Positions 29,686-40,613 of a stretch of 64,000 bases of DNA are shown piece by piece. How positions within the stretch are numbered: position 1 is the stretch's first letter; every line of letters starts with the position of its first letter. The position numbers and the translations under genes are program-made. The stretch comes from Myxococcota bacterium (GTDB lineage Bacteria > Myxococcota_A > SURF-8 > G963663525). Location of the stretch: the NCBI GenBank assembly GCA_963676915.2, contig CAXXVK010000014.1, positions 1-64,000 on the forward strand. Direction: 5' to 3'. The notes below the pieces were generated by a model. The model was not told where the DNA came from and did no database searches. It saw nothing but the letters and a program-made list of their open reading frames with translations.

Positions 29686-31983
29686 ATGAGACGAAATTTC
29701 TTGAACATTTTCGGGTTTCGCTCGCTTGCGCTTTTCTCTTTTTTCCTGTTTTTCCTTTTTATTTCCAATGCATTGGGAGCACCTGCCCATCCGCAATGGT
29801 TCGAGTGGTCCGCTGGAGAACGAATCGAAGTTCAGGCCGATAGTCTTGAGCTCGACCGCTCTTCCAGCAAAATCACGGCGCGGGGAAACGCTTCTCTACA
29901 GACGAAACGGTTTAATTTTACAGCCGAAACCATCGAATGGTTCACGGAGACGGGGCTTGTCGTTGCCATGGGAAACGTTGTTTTGGAAGCACGTTATCGG
30001 CGGCTCGAAGCCCATCGGATGACGTTTTCGCAAGACGGCTCCGTCGTTGAAATGGAAAAGCTTCGGATTCGCTACCGAAACGAACCGGATACCTGCGAAA
30101 AGCTGCTGCAACAGAAAGCACAGACTTCGGCACGGGGTGAGTTTCAGGCGGAAAAATTCTGGAAAACGCCACAGGGACAATGGAAATTCGAAAACGGCTA
30201 TTACACGGCTTGTCTTTGTCCTGCAGGAAAAGAGCCGGATTGGTCGATGAGTGGTGAATCGGGTGAATTGTTGCCCGATGAATGGTTGTTGGTCGATGAA
30301 CCTCGGTTCTCGGTCCACGATATGGACCTTGTGGAATTGCATCGAGTAAAAACGAGCATTGCCCCGCGAAAATCGGGGTTTCTTGCACCGGGTAGCGGAT
30401 ATGAGGATCGCAACGGTTGGATGTTGCGTCAGGAAGCCTATTTGACGCTTGGGAAAGGCGCGGATACGACCTTCGGTGCGCAAGGACTCTCGAAACGAGG
30501 CGTAATGCCTGTCGGCGAGTTTCGTTATCGCTACCCGGATGTCGGTGGAAAAGTCGAGGGTTTCTGGTTGTACGATCTCAAAGGGCGGCATTCCTCCACC
30601 GAAGCCGACAACCGTTTCCAATTGCGCTGGACCCACTTTTGGGAAACCCGCTACACACGACAGATCGCCGACGTGGATGTCGTCTCGGATGCCGGACTTC
30701 CCAACCTGTTTCACCGTTCGCTTTCGGCTCGTTATGCCGATCATACCCAATCGACGTTTGGAGTCGAAACCCGGAACCTACATGATTTCAATGCAGAAAT
30801 CCAGGCTCGTTTCTGGCAGAATCTGGCGTATCGTGACAACCCGGACGGCACGTTTTATCATCCACAGGACAACCAAAGCGCCCAGGTTCTTCCCGAACTT
30901 TCTTTCGCACTTCCTCCGCTACCTCTGGCCGGTGGCTGGATACTGCCCTCGTTAGGGGTAGGTGCCTCGCATGTTTTCGTGCAATCCAACATTTACCAAG
31001 GGACAGCGCTGGATACGGACTACTACGACGATCCAACGAATGTGGACACTCCGGTCCTTGTTGATTTTACAAGGCTTTATCTTTCTCCTGAGTTGAGCAT
31101 ACCGTTGGCTTTCGCTCCATATCTCGAAGGCGCTCTTTCGAGTCGCTACCGGTGCGATTTCCTGTTTCCCCACCGTTTGTACAATGACCCTGGTAACTAC
31201 GAAACCCTTGGTGAATGGCGCTTGGATGCGACACTCGGCAGCCGTTTGCACAGGGTTTTCACAATGGGAGAGGATCGAGCTATGAAGCACGAAATTCTTC
31301 CTGTTTTCCACTATCGTTACATGCCGTACCATCATCGATTGGACGAAGACTCGGCCTTTCGGGCCATCGAACCACCGGGAGATTCCGTAGCACCTCACTG
31401 GGTGGAAGGACGTCTTCTGCAACGTTTTGTTTGGCGCAACGGAACGATTTTACAAGGAAAAATAGGTCCGGTGGTAGAGCTGGAAGCTGCTCAACGCCTG
31501 TTTCTCGAAGAACCGTTGGAGGGACGTTATCATCGTTTGCTGGATGCCACACGCTATCGTCTGCGTTTGGAAACGACAAAAACCCTCTGGCAATCGGAAA
31601 TAGGTTGGCGTACGGATAAAAAGCACCCGCAGACAACGTTTTCTTTCGTTCGTGTCGGTCCGTTTGAAGGTGTTAGCGTGAAACTCAGGCATGAATTTGC
31701 CGATAAAGGGCCGCCGGTCGGTGCTCTTTTGGGGTATCGCGAAACGAGTTTGAAGCAACGTTTCCATCAAGTAGGCGCGGAACCTTCCTGGAGCTTATTG
31801 CACGATCATTTGATCTTTAAATATGGGATCGATTTTGATATTCTGCATAGAGAGTTGATCGAGCAGCGGGCCGGGATGTTCTACCGTTCCTCCTGCAATT
31901 GCTGGTGGTTGAAGATCGATCTTGCCCACCGTCCCGACATGCTCGCCCCGGATGTCTACCTGACGTTCGAGTTGGAACTTTAA
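29686..31983 (+). CDS. lptD: LPS-assembly protein LptD
   Basis: Signal peptide, OstA-like N-domain (IEVQADSL...ARGNA), YTAC, RKSGFLAP and C-terminal barrel with CNCW. Confidence 0.8.
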   Translation: MRRNFLNIFGFRSLALFSFFLFFLFISNALGAPAHPQWFEWSAGERIEVQADSLELDRSSSKITARGNASLQTKRFNFTAETIEWFTETGLVVAMGNVVLEARYRRLEAHRMTFSQDGSVVEMEKLRIRYRNEPDTCEKLLQQKAQTSARGEFQAEKFWKTPQGQWKFENGYYTACLCPAGKEPDWSMSGESGELLPDEWLLVDEPRFSVHDMDLVELHRVKTSIAPRKSGFLAPGSGYEDRNGWMLRQEAYLTLGKGADTTFGAQGLSKRGVMPVGEFRYRYPDVGGKVEGFWLYDLKGRHSSTEADNRFQLRWTHFWETRYTRQIADVDVVSDAGLPNLFHRSLSARYADHTQSTFGVETRNLHDFNAEIQARFWQNLAYRDNPDGTFYHPQDNQSAQVLPELSFALPPLPLAGGWILPSLGVGASHVFVQSNIYQGTALDTDYYDDPTNVDTPVLVDFTRLYLSPELSIPLAFAPYLEGALSSRYRCDFLFPHRLYNDPGNYETLGEWRLDATLGSRLHRVFTMGEDRAMKHEILPVFHYRYMPYHHRLDEDSAFRAIEPPGDSVAPHWVEGRLLQRFVWRNGTILQGKIGPVVELEAAQRLFLEEPLEGRYHRLLDATRYRLRLETTKTLWQSEIGWRTDKKHPQTTFSFVRVGPFEGVSVKLRHEFADKGPPVGALLGYRETSLKQRFHQVGAEPSWSLLHDHLIFKYGIDFDILHRELIEQRAGMFYRSSCNCWWLKIDLAHRPDMLAPDVYLTFELEL

Positions 31984-32097
31984 ACAATAGAGCGGCAACG
32001 AGGACAAATTCCTGCAATTTCTTGCCAATTTTCCCCAAAACATGGATGATTCAAAAAGGTGAATTTCAAAAAATACATCGTACGTGGGGAACGAATC

Positions 32098-33459
32098 ATG
32101 CGCAGGCATTGGTTACTGGTAACGCTATTGATGGCCTTTTTCGCCGTGGGACTGATGACGGCTACAAACTGTAGCGACGAGAAGGCAACGGGCGATTTTA
32201 CGTCTCAGGGCGATTTTGATGCAGGTGACGATCAAGATGTTTTGGGAGAACTCGACGAGGAAATTTTTGAAATTACAGGCGAGTTTGACGACGATGAAGC
32301 GGAACTTTCGGATGATGAATCCCCAGAAGCCGATGCCCAAGACGTAGAGGAGCAATCCTCGGAATCCGAAGAGCTTTCCGATGAGGAAGAGGCCGAGGAT
32401 GACGACAGTTGTCCCGAAATGTGGGAAGGACCGGCCCCGCCGGATTGTTTGCGTTACGACTGCGAGTTGCTTCCCTGGCCGGATTGCTGGGACTGCACGT
32501 TGCTGCCGGATCTGTTCCAGGAAGGTCGTTCCTGTACTTGCACAGGGGACGACGCAATTTGCTTGTGCGGTCAAGGAGAATGTTTACCCCAAACCGGAGG
32601 GGACGAGGATGAGACGGAAGTTGAAATCGACGAAAACGAAACGATTTCAGATCCTTCCGCTATCGATAGCATGGTGCTTGCCGGTGATTCATGGTCCTCT
32701 GGCTTTATTCCTTCCGTGCAGACATTGTTGGCCGAAACCGGACATACGGATGTGGAATTTCGCTATGAAAATACTACGCTCCCCGGCTCCAGAGCTTCGG
32801 AATGGGCTGAAAACGAGGATGAGAAGCTCACAATGTTGGCCGAAGCGCTGGACCGCCCTCCCGTTGCCGAAGTATTGTTGCTGGTTATCGGAGGCAATGA
32901 TATCAATTTCGAAATCGTCTCCAATAATTTCGACGAGCGCCCCGAATGGTGGCGAAACATCGTTCTCGATGGGATTCGCGATGACATTCAGGACATCGTA
33001 GAATTTGCACAACAAGGTCGTCCGCACCTTCACGTCGTGCTGATCGGCTACGATTATATCCATTATGAATTTCTAAAAGCTGCCTTTGGTTTGGGAGATT
33101 GGAGTACCAAACCCTACAACCAGACTTTCGTTGCCTTGGGAGAACGAAAACTGGATCTGGCGAATACTACGGAAAATGTCCACTACGCTCACAACTATGG
33201 CATTTTGCAATGGACCTTCGGTGATACGGTCCACCCTCCGTTCCTTTTGCCGCCGATTGCTTACGATCCTCACGTCGTTCCCAAACCTGGTACTTCGCCG
33301 GATTACAACCCGATGCCCGGTGGAACGTGGGAAGTTCCCGGGCCGCTTGGATATCTCCCGGACGGCATTCATCCCAATACCGAGGGTTTTTACACGATTA
33401 TGGAGCATTCATTCAGTCAAGGAGTACTGAATCTTATCGAGGGAGATCCTTGGCCGTAA
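32098..33459 (+). CDS. SGNH/GDSL hydrolase lipoprotein
   Basis: Motifs AGDSWS, IGGND and DGIHPN. Lipoprotein-like signal followed by an acidic linker. Confidence 0.8.
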   Translation: MRRHWLLVTLLMAFFAVGLMTATNCSDEKATGDFTSQGDFDAGDDQDVLGELDEEIFEITGEFDDDEAELSDDESPEADAQDVEEQSSESEELSDEEEAEDDDSCPEMWEGPAPPDCLRYDCELLPWPDCWDCTLLPDLFQEGRSCTCTGDDAICLCGQGECLPQTGGDEDETEVEIDENETISDPSAIDSMVLAGDSWSSGFIPSVQTLLAETGHTDVEFRYENTTLPGSRASEWAENEDEKLTMLAEALDRPPVAEVLLLVIGGNDINFEIVSNNFDERPEWWRNIVLDGIRDDIQDIVEFAQQGRPHLHVVLIGYDYIHYEFLKAAFGLGDWSTKPYNQTFVALGERKLDLANTTENVHYAHNYGILQWTFGDTVHPPFLLPPIAYDPHVVPKPGTSPDYNPMPGGTWEVPGPLGYLPDGIHPNTEGFYTIMEHSFSQGVLNLIEGDPWP

Positions 33460-33476
33460 ATTGTAGGAATTATTCG

Positions 33477-34838
33477 CTATTTGCCGATACAAAAACGTCC
33501 GAAAATTTCGTGAAGCACTTCGTCGGGGGAGGTGACGCCGAGAAGTTCCTCCAGACCGTCCAAAACATCACGCAAGTCTGCTGCGACAAGTTCCAGTCCG
33601 GCGTCGCTTTGCAGAGCGATTTTAGCACGTTCCAATGCTTCCGCTCCCTTGGCAACCAACGCCCGGTGTCGGGAAGAGGTCAATAACACTTCGTGATGAG
33701 TAACACCCTCGAAATCGAGATATCGGCGAATGGCGGCGGTCATCGCTTCCAGTCCTTCACCGGTTTTGGCGCTCAGGTCGAGGGGTGCTTCTTTCGAGGG
33801 AAAATCTTCCGTTTCCCAAGCCGGTTGCAGATCTGATTTGTTGGCGATCCAAAGCGTTCGATCTTGCGGAAGTTTCTCTATCAACTCAAGATCTTGCGGT
33901 GTCAGTGGGTTGGATCTGTCCAGCAGTCCCAACACGAGGTCCGCTTCAAGCAAACGACCTTCGGCACGGGCAACACCTTCACGCTCTACGCGGTCGCCTC
34001 CTTCACGCAATCCGGCGGTATCGACGAAACGCAGCGGCAGACCGTCCAACTCGACGATTTCTTCCAGCATATCCCGAGTTGTTCCGGGTAGTTCGGTAAC
34101 GATGGCGCGTTCTCGTCCTACCAGAAGATTGAGCAATGAAGATTTTCCTACGTTCGGACGTCCGGCCAGTACGACTTCCGCGCCGTCTTTCAGGATACGT
34201 CCGGTGCGGTAACTGTCTCTTGCCTGGGAAAGAAAATGGGAAGCTTGTCCTAAGCGCTCGTCGATGCGCGTTCGGTCACCGCCTTCGATATCTTCATCGG
34301 GAAAATCGATGTAGGATTCAATTTCTACAAGAATTTCCAACAGTTGTTCTCGAAGATTCCCAAACTGTCGTGCCAGTTCTCCGGTTAGCTGACGGCGTGC
34401 CGCCCGTAATCCTGAGCGGGTTCTCGCCTCGATTACTTCCGTCACTGCTTCGGCTCGGGTAAGGTCGATGCGGCCATTCAAAAAAGCCCGCATCGTGAAT
34501 TCCCCAGGATTGGCAGGACGTACGCCGCAGGAGAACACCGCCTCCAGTACTTGGGCAGAATGCTGCAAGCCACCATGCAGATGGATTTCGACGACTTCTT
34601 CTCTTGTGTAGCTACGCCCCGGTGCGAAACGCACATACAGCACTTCGTCCAGCACCTGTTCCCGATGATGAATCCAGCCGAAATACAAACGGTTCGGCTC
34701 GAACGTACAAGACGAGTTTTTCGGTCGAAACAACTGGCTTCCAACCGCGTGAGCTTCGGGACCGGAAAGGCGAATGATCGAGATACCACCGCTTCCGGGA
34801 GGGGTCGCCAGCGCGGCGATGGTGTCGGAACGGTCCAT
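33477..34838 (-). CDS. mnmE: tRNA modification GTPase MnmE
   Basis: Motifs [32 protein letters not shown] and terminal FCIGK. Confidence 0.96.
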   Translation of the reverse strand: MDRSDTIAALATPPGSGGISIIRLSGPEAHAVGSQLFRPKNSSCTFEPNRLYFGWIHHREQVLDEVLYVRFAPGRSYTREEVVEIHLHGGLQHSAQVLEAVFSCGVRPANPGEFTMRAFLNGRIDLTRAEAVTEVIEARTRSGLRAARRQLTGELARQFGNLREQLLEILVEIESYIDFPDEDIEGGDRTRIDERLGQASHFLSQARDSYRTGRILKDGAEVVLAGRPNVGKSSLLNLLVGRERAIVTELPGTTRDMLEEIVELDGLPLRFVDTAGLREGGDRVEREGVARAEGRLLEADLVLGLLDRSNPLTPQDLELIEKLPQDRTLWIANKSDLQPAWETEDFPSKEAPLDLSAKTGEGLEAMTAAIRRYLDFEGVTHHEVLLTSSRHRALVAKGAEALERAKIALQSDAGLELVAADLRDVLDGLEELLGVTSPDEVLHEIFGRFCIGK

Positions 34839-35842
34839 TACCAGCGGAACAAGGAGGCGATCCAGGAAAAACCGGCACCGTACGCCACAAGGCATGTGAT
34901 GTCTCCCGGATGCAGTTTGCCGCTTCGCACGGCTTCATCGAGAGCGATCAATGTGGAAGCTCCCGCCGTGTTGCCGTAGCGATCGACGTTGATCATCACT
35001 TTATCCATGGGAAGATCCAGGGATTTTGCAGCGGATTCGATGATGCGCAGGTTCGATTGATGTGGAATCAGAATGTCCAAATCTCCGGCGCTCATGCCTT
35101 TTTCGGCAAACAGACGTTCCACGCCCATCGCAAACACCTGGGAGGCGTAATCGAAAACAGCCTTTCCATCCATTTTCAGCTTGGTGTCGGCTTGCTCCAC
35201 GCCTTCTTCGAAAGGTCGTGTGCTGCCACCTACGGGAACGTACAGTCGGTCGGCAAGATCTCCCTGGGAACCCGCCACACAGTGCAGGAATCCCCGGTCG
35301 GTGTCTTCTTTTCGTTGAAGGACAACGGCGGCGGCACCGTCACCGAAAATTACCGAGGTTGCTTTGTTATTGTAATTGACGAACGTCGAGCAACGTTCCG
35401 CCGCTACGACAAGCACCGTCTCGTGACGTCCCGCAGCGATATAATAGGCGGCTGCTTCGAGAGCTTCGAGACAGCCGGAGCAGTCTTTGCCGAAATCATA
35501 GGCCGCAATGCCGTGTAGGCCGATTTTGCTGGCTACCGATGGTGCGCATTTGGGAATTTTGTAGTCGGGAGTCGAAGAGGAAAACAGCAGCAGGTCGATT
35601 TCGTCCAACGGGATTTTTGCAGCCTGAATCGCCCGTCGAGCCGCTTCGGCAGCTAGGTCCGAGGTTGCCATGTTCTCGGACATGCGGCGCTCTCGGATAC
35701 CGGTTCGTTCCAGGATATTCACGGCTTTTTCGTGGTAGGTTTCGCCTGAGGAACTGGAGAAGGTATAGCGTTCGAGATCCTCGTTGGTCAGACGTTTATC
35801 CGGCAGGTAGCTACCGGTTCCGATGACGACGGCCTGGGGCAT
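34838..35842 (-). CDS. fabH: 3-oxoacyl-ACP synthase III (FabH family)
   Basis: Cys-His-Asn triad in DCSG, PHQSN and YGNT. Also RTGIRERR and FGDGAAA. Confidence 0.88.
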   Translation of the reverse strand: MPQAVVIGTGSYLPDKRLTNEDLERYTFSSSSGETYHEKAVNILERTGIRERRMSENMATSDLAAEAARRAIQAAKIPLDEIDLLLFSSSTPDYKIPKCAPSVASKIGLHGIAAYDFGKDCSGCLEALEAAAYYIAAGRHETVLVVAAERCSTFVNYNNKATSVIFGDGAAAVVLQRKEDTDRGFLHCVAGSQGDLADRLYVPVGGSTRPFEEGVEQADTKLKMDGKAVFDYASQVFAMGVERLFAEKGMSAGDLDILIPHQSNLRIIESAAKSLDLPMDKVMINVDRYGNTAGASTLIALDEAVRSGKLHPGDITCLVAYGAGFSWIASLFRW

Positions 35843-35895
35843 GGTATCCTCTCGTGTTTACGAATTCGCTAAGAACGGTAAAAATCGTAGGAAAA

Positions 35896-36495
35896 TTATT
35901 CGCTAAAATACGTATAGCCGCGTTCGAACGCTTCCAGATTGATATCGACGAATTTGGGTTTCAGTCGTTTTTTCAATGCGTTGAGCCAGTTGTCCTTTTT
36001 GAAATCCAGCATACTGGCCATCAGACCTAAAAGGACAACGTTCACCACGCGGGGGTTGCCGATCTCTTCTGCGATGTCTTGAGCCGGAATCAGGAAGAGG
36101 TTGCCGAAACGCGAGTTCAGTTCATCTTCCACGTTATCGGGGTATTGCTGCAATCCGGTGGCGGTGGTCAGGGAATGAATCGAATGATCGTTGACGATGG
36201 CAACGGTTTTGGCGTTGCAGTACTCGATCCAACGTAGCGGTTCCAGCTTTTCGAACGAAAGGAGGATATCCGCCTCTCCACGTGGGATGATCGGCGAAAA
36301 TACCTGTTTGCCGAAACGAACCTGCGAATTGACGCTGCCTCCCCGCTGAGCCATTCCGTGGACTTCACTCTTTTTGATATTGAATCCGGTATCCAGCACT
36401 ACGTCGGCGAGGATTTCCCCGGCCAGGATCGTTCCTTGGCCGCCCACCCCGACTACGAGGATGTTGGTTACCTTGCTTGCGCCCGAGCTGCTCAT
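35896..36495 (-). CDS. iorB: Indolepyruvate:ferredoxin oxidoreductase beta subunit
   Basis: Motifs GVGGQG and SEVHGMAQRGGSV. Confidence 0.92.
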   Translation of the reverse strand: MSSSGASKVTNILVVGVGGQGTILAGEILADVVLDTGFNIKKSEVHGMAQRGGSVNSQVRFGKQVFSPIIPRGEADILLSFEKLEPLRWIEYCNAKTVAIVNDHSIHSLTTATGLQQYPDNVEDELNSRFGNLFLIPAQDIAEEIGNPRVVNVVLLGLMASMLDFKKDNWLNALKKRLKPKFVDINLEAFERGYTYFSE

Positions 36496-36519
36496 ACTTT
36501 ATCTCCCCTGTCTCTGTTT

Positions 36520-38334
36520 CTATTCACTCCGTCGGTTTTTCTTTTCTTTGCGTTTTTTTAGGATTTTTTCAGCCTCTTTTTTGTGGGCTTCTTCCTCATC
36601 CACACGGTAAATGGCAGAGAATTTACATTCGTCCGCACATAGTCCGCACCCGACGCACAGCAACGTATCGATGGACGACTTTTTAGCTTTCAGGTCGAAA
36701 CTAACCGCCGGACAACCGATTCTCGTGCACATTTTACATCCGGTACACAATTCATGATCGGTCGTATAGGAGGTGTCGTTCTTTTTCGAAACCTGAATGC
36801 AGGGTTCTTTGACGATCAGAACCGACATTTCGTCGTATTCCCAGTGTTTTTTCAAAATGTCCCGAATCTCCGCGACATTGTAAGCACCTACGGTATCGAC
36901 ATGCTTTACACCGCAGGCTTTTACGAGGCGTTGAAGATCGATTTTGTGGGTCTTTTCACCCCGCAGGTTTTTCCCGGTGACGGGATTGTTCTGCTGGCCG
37001 GTCATGGCAGTAACGCGGTTGTCGAGGATGCAGACCACAAACCGTGCGTTGTTATGTACGGCGTCGATCAGTCCGGTAATCCCGGAGTGCATAAAAGTGG
37101 AATCTCCCAGCGTGCAGGCCAGTTTACCGCGTTTGCCGGAAACATCCATCGCTTTGGACATTCCGGTCGAAGCGGAGATGGATGCTCCCATGCAGATACA
37201 GGTGTCCATCGTGGAGATCGGAGGCAGCGCCGCCAATGTATAGCAACCAATGTCTCCGAAAACCGTAGCTTTTTCTTTTTTCAGGGCCGTGAATATTCCA
37301 CGATGAATGCATCCCGCGCACAGTGCCGGAGGGCGGGCCGGAACGTCCATGTCCGTTTGCAATCCCTTTTTCGGTTTTTTGCCGAATGCTTGACGAACGA
37401 GGTCGGCATTGAGTTCCCCGATGAAGCCGGTACGATCTTTTCCCTTGTGAACGGGAATTCCCACCGCTTTGAGTTGATCTTCGATAAAGGGATCGCCTTC
37501 TTCGACCACGAACACTTTTTCGACCTTTTTCGAAAAGCGCCGGGCCAACTCGGTGTTGAGCGGAAACACCTGTCCGTATTTCAGCACGGGAGCGGTTGGA
37601 TAAGCTTCCTTTACGTACTGATACGAAATACCGGAGGTGATAAATCCGTATTTTTCTTTGCCTTTTTCGGTTCTGTTGCAAGGGCTGGATTTTCCGGCCT
37701 TGCGCAACTCTTTTAGCCGGTCTTCAACGATCGGGTGCCGCTTGCGAGCATTTACCGGAAGCATGACGTATTTTTCGAAATCTCTTTTATACGGCTTCGG
37801 TTCTACTTCCTCACGGTCCGACAATTCCACCACGCATTGTACATGGCAAAGGCGGGTGGTCAGCCGTAAAAGAACCGGAGTATCGTAGGCTTCGGAAATC
37901 CGAAAAGCTTCCTTCACGAACGCCATGGCTTCGGCGGAATCGGAAGGTTCCAGCATGGGAAGTTTCGCTGCCCGTGCGTAATGCCGATTGTCTTGCTCGT
38001 TCTGCGAGGAGTGCATCTGTGGGTCGTCCGCCGTGACGATGACCAGACCCGCACCCACACCGGTATAACTGAGTGTAAACAGCGGATCGGCGGCCACGTT
38101 CAGACCGACGTGTTTCATTGCACAGAGGGAACGTATTCCACCGATAGCACTTCCCGCCGCAGTTTCGAGCGCCACTTTTTCGTTGATGGCCCATTGAGCG
38201 ACGAGTTCGGGATATCGGCCGCAATTTGCGAGGATTTCGGTCGATGGCGTGCCGGGATAGGCCACGGCCAATCCGCCTCCGGCTTCCCAAAGTCCCCGTG
38301 CGACGGCTTCATTGCCGGACAACACGGCTTTCAT
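36520..38334 (-). CDS. iorA: Indolepyruvate:ferredoxin oxidoreductase alpha subunit
   Basis: Motifs GNEAVARG, YPGTPSTEI, MKHVGLNVAAD, SSQNEQD, GDIGCY and GDSTF.HSG, plus a C-terminal ferredoxin domain. Confidence 0.94.
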   Translation of the reverse strand: MKAVLSGNEAVARGLWEAGGGLAVAYPGTPSTEILANCGRYPELVAQWAINEKVALETAAGSAIGGIRSLCAMKHVGLNVAADPLFTLSYTGVGAGLVIVTADDPQMHSSQNEQDNRHYARAAKLPMLEPSDSAEAMAFVKEAFRISEAYDTPVLLRLTTRLCHVQCVVELSDREEVEPKPYKRDFEKYVMLPVNARKRHPIVEDRLKELRKAGKSSPCNRTEKGKEKYGFITSGISYQYVKEAYPTAPVLKYGQVFPLNTELARRFSKKVEKVFVVEEGDPFIEDQLKAVGIPVHKGKDRTGFIGELNADLVRQAFGKKPKKGLQTDMDVPARPPALCAGCIHRGIFTALKKEKATVFGDIGCYTLAALPPISTMDTCICMGASISASTGMSKAMDVSGKRGKLACTLGDSTFMHSGITGLIDAVHNNARFVVCILDNRVTAMTGQQNNPVTGKNLRGEKTHKIDLQRLVKACGVKHVDTVGAYNVAEIRDILKKHWEYDEMSVLIVKEPCIQVSKKNDTSYTTDHELCTGCKMCTRIGCPAVSFDLKAKKSSIDTLLCVGCGLCADECKFSAIYRVDEEEAHKKEAEKILKKRKEKKNRRSE

Positions 38335-38337
38335 AGA

Positions 38338-39417
38338 TTACCTCCTTGATTCGAACGGCGTATAATTTTCAGGAGTTTCTTCCGCTCGAAGCACGCGCTC
38401 GGCTCCCTGGGCAAGCGCGTCCATTTCCATTTCTCCTGCCAACACTATCACTTGAGAGAGGAACGATACCAGTTTTTTTACCTCTTGCGCAAATCTTGAG
38501 GACCGCGCCAACCCTCCGGTCAGTACAATCAACTCGCAACCGCCACAGGCAACGGCCATAGCACCGATCTGTTTGGCCACTTGATAAGCCATGGTTTTCC
38601 AGGCTAAACGGCAGGTTTCGTCCCCTTGATCCATGCGGGACTCCACGTCTCGCAGGTCTTGTGTGCCGGTGTGATCGAAAAGACCGCCCAGACGGTGCAA
38701 CTTCTTTAAAATACTGGTTTTGTCCTCATTGGGATCGAAACAGAGTGACACCAGCCCGGATGTTGGTAATTCTCCGGCGCGTTGTGGGGAAAAGGGGCCG
38801 GAATCGTTAGGATTCGACACGTCCACGGCTTGACCGTTGACGTGCGCAGACAAACTGATTCCACTTCCCAAATGGGCGACAACCACTCGGGAATGCAGAT
38901 AATCCAAGCCTTTTTCTTTGCAGGCAAGGCGAGCGGCATGGCGGCTGTTCAGCGCGTGCCACAAAGAACGGCGGGGAAGGGATTTCAATCCCGAGAGTCG
39001 GGCCTCCTCGCGCAATTCATCCACGCTGACCGGATCGACGATAAATGCCGGAATTCCCAAAGGTTCCGCAATCTTATCCGCCAGTAATGCTCCCAAAAGG
39101 CTGGGATGATCGGTGGAAACGCGGCCTTCGAGGATATCGGTGCGCATGGTGTCGTTGACACGGTAGGTTCCTGCTTTCAACGGGCCGAAAGGACCGCCAC
39201 GACCCACCACGGCATCGAGCGAGTTTTCGTCTACGTCCCATTCTTTCAGACAGCTACGAATCTTTTCCAGACGAAAATCCAATTGCTCCACGCTACACTC
39301 GAACGTCGATAGCTCGTTCGGGGAATGTTCGAGGTTGGTGTTTTGGGTTTCGGAACCATCTGAAAACAGGCCTATTTTCGTTCCTGTTCCTCCTGGATTG
39401 ATCACGAGCAGTCGCAT
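38338..39417 (-). CDS. buk: Butyrate/branched-chain carboxylate kinase
   Basis: Motifs INPG.TGTKIG, VGRGG, VDPVSVDE, HALN, HLGSG, GPFSPQRAG and GEMEM. Confidence 0.9.
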   Translation of the reverse strand: MRLLVINPGGTGTKIGLFSDGSETQNTNLEHSPNELSTFECSVEQLDFRLEKIRSCLKEWDVDENSLDAVVGRGGPFGPLKAGTYRVNDTMRTDILEGRVSTDHPSLLGALLADKIAEPLGIPAFIVDPVSVDELREEARLSGLKSLPRRSLWHALNSRHAARLACKEKGLDYLHSRVVVAHLGSGISLSAHVNGQAVDVSNPNDSGPFSPQRAGELPTSGLVSLCFDPNEDKTSILKKLHRLGGLFDHTGTQDLRDVESRMDQGDETCRLAWKTMAYQVAKQIGAMAVACGGCELIVLTGGLARSSRFAQEVKKLVSFLSQVIVLAGEMEMDALAQGAERVLRAEETPENYTPFESRR

Positions 39418-39421
39418 GGGA

Positions 39422-40327
39422 TCAACCTTTCTTTTCCATCAGGCAAATAGCCATGGCGATGGAAGAAACCCTAATGCGTGGAGTGTCGGTTCGTGACAAC
39501 GCGACGATGGGAGTTTTCGCGCCGACCATCACGCCCGCCGCAGTTCCTCCGCACATCACCATGCATTTCGTACTGGCGTTGCAGGTGGTGATGTCCGAGG
39601 CGACGATCACATCCACATGCCCCGCCACTTCGTTGTCGATATGCTTGATTGCCGCCGCTTCGGGACTGAGGCACAAATCGGCAGCCAACGGACCATAGAC
39701 GGCCGCGTTGTCGAACGCGCCATTTTGCGCCATCTCGGTGATTTTCTTCCAGTCCTCTGTTTCGGGATCGCCTGGGCGGACTTTTTCCACGTAGGCCAGT
39801 AGACCGATATTCGGACGATCGTAGCCCAGTTGATGAAACGCGTGAATCGCATTGGCAACGATGCTGACTTTTTGATTGAAACCGGGGTGAATGTTCAACC
39901 CGCCATCGGTAAATCCGAAAAGTTTCGGATAGGTAGGGATTTCCACGAAAGCGATGTGCGACAAGGAACGTTCGGTGCGCAATCCGCGTTCGTGATCGAG
40001 TACGGCGGAAAACAGTGCCGAGGTCGGCATCTGGCCCTTCATGATCAGGTCCGCTTCGCCGGAACGGATCATTTCGATTCCCCGATAGGAAATGTCTTTG
40101 GGAGAACCGTCCACATGGATCGTTTCCCAGGTGGGAAGATTCATGGCGGAAAGACGGGCCTGGATTTTTTCTTTGTCGCCGAACAATATGGGGTCGATCA
40201 GTTCCAACTCGACCGCTTCGGCCACACCTTTCAGCACCAATTCATCATCGGCGCAGATGACGGCCAGTCGCTTTCGTCCACCCTGTTGTGCTTTCGCTAT
40301 CGCTGCATCGAAATTTTTCAGCGTCAT
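39422..40327 (-). CDS. ptb: Phosphate butyryltransferase / phosphate acyltransferase
   Basis: Motifs ADLIMKG, TDGGLNI.P, GPLAAD and GAKTPIVALSRTD. Adjacent to buk. Confidence 0.88.
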   Translation of the reverse strand: MTLKNFDAAIAKAQQGGRKRLAVICADDELVLKGVAEAVELELIDPILFGDKEKIQARLSAMNLPTWETIHVDGSPKDISYRGIEMIRSGEADLIMKGQMPTSALFSAVLDHERGLRTERSLSHIAFVEIPTYPKLFGFTDGGLNIHPGFNQKVSIVANAIHAFHQLGYDRPNIGLLAYVEKVRPGDPETEDWKKITEMAQNGAFDNAAVYGPLAADLCLSPEAAAIKHIDNEVAGHVDVIVASDITTCNASTKCMVMCGGTAAGVMVGAKTPIVALSRTDTPRIRVSSIAMAICLMEKKG

Positions 40328-40613
40328 CGTTTTTTTGCTCCGTGAGATTCGCCGGGGTTCTCATTGTCACGTTATGTTTTGCGCTGCCTACCCTACAACA
40401 GGTCGGGAGGTCGATCAAGACTCCTCCATCGTTGAACCGACGAAAATGGGATGAAATGTTTCGTTTTTTGCTAAATCGGCACGGTTGTAGACTGTTTCCG
40501 GTTCGAGATGGTTGAAAATCGGCAAAACAGGAGTATCGTGGATTCGAGTTGCACTCCAAAGACGAAAACGGAGCCACTTTGCACGTTTGCCTGCACCGGA
40601 AGGAAAGCCCGAC

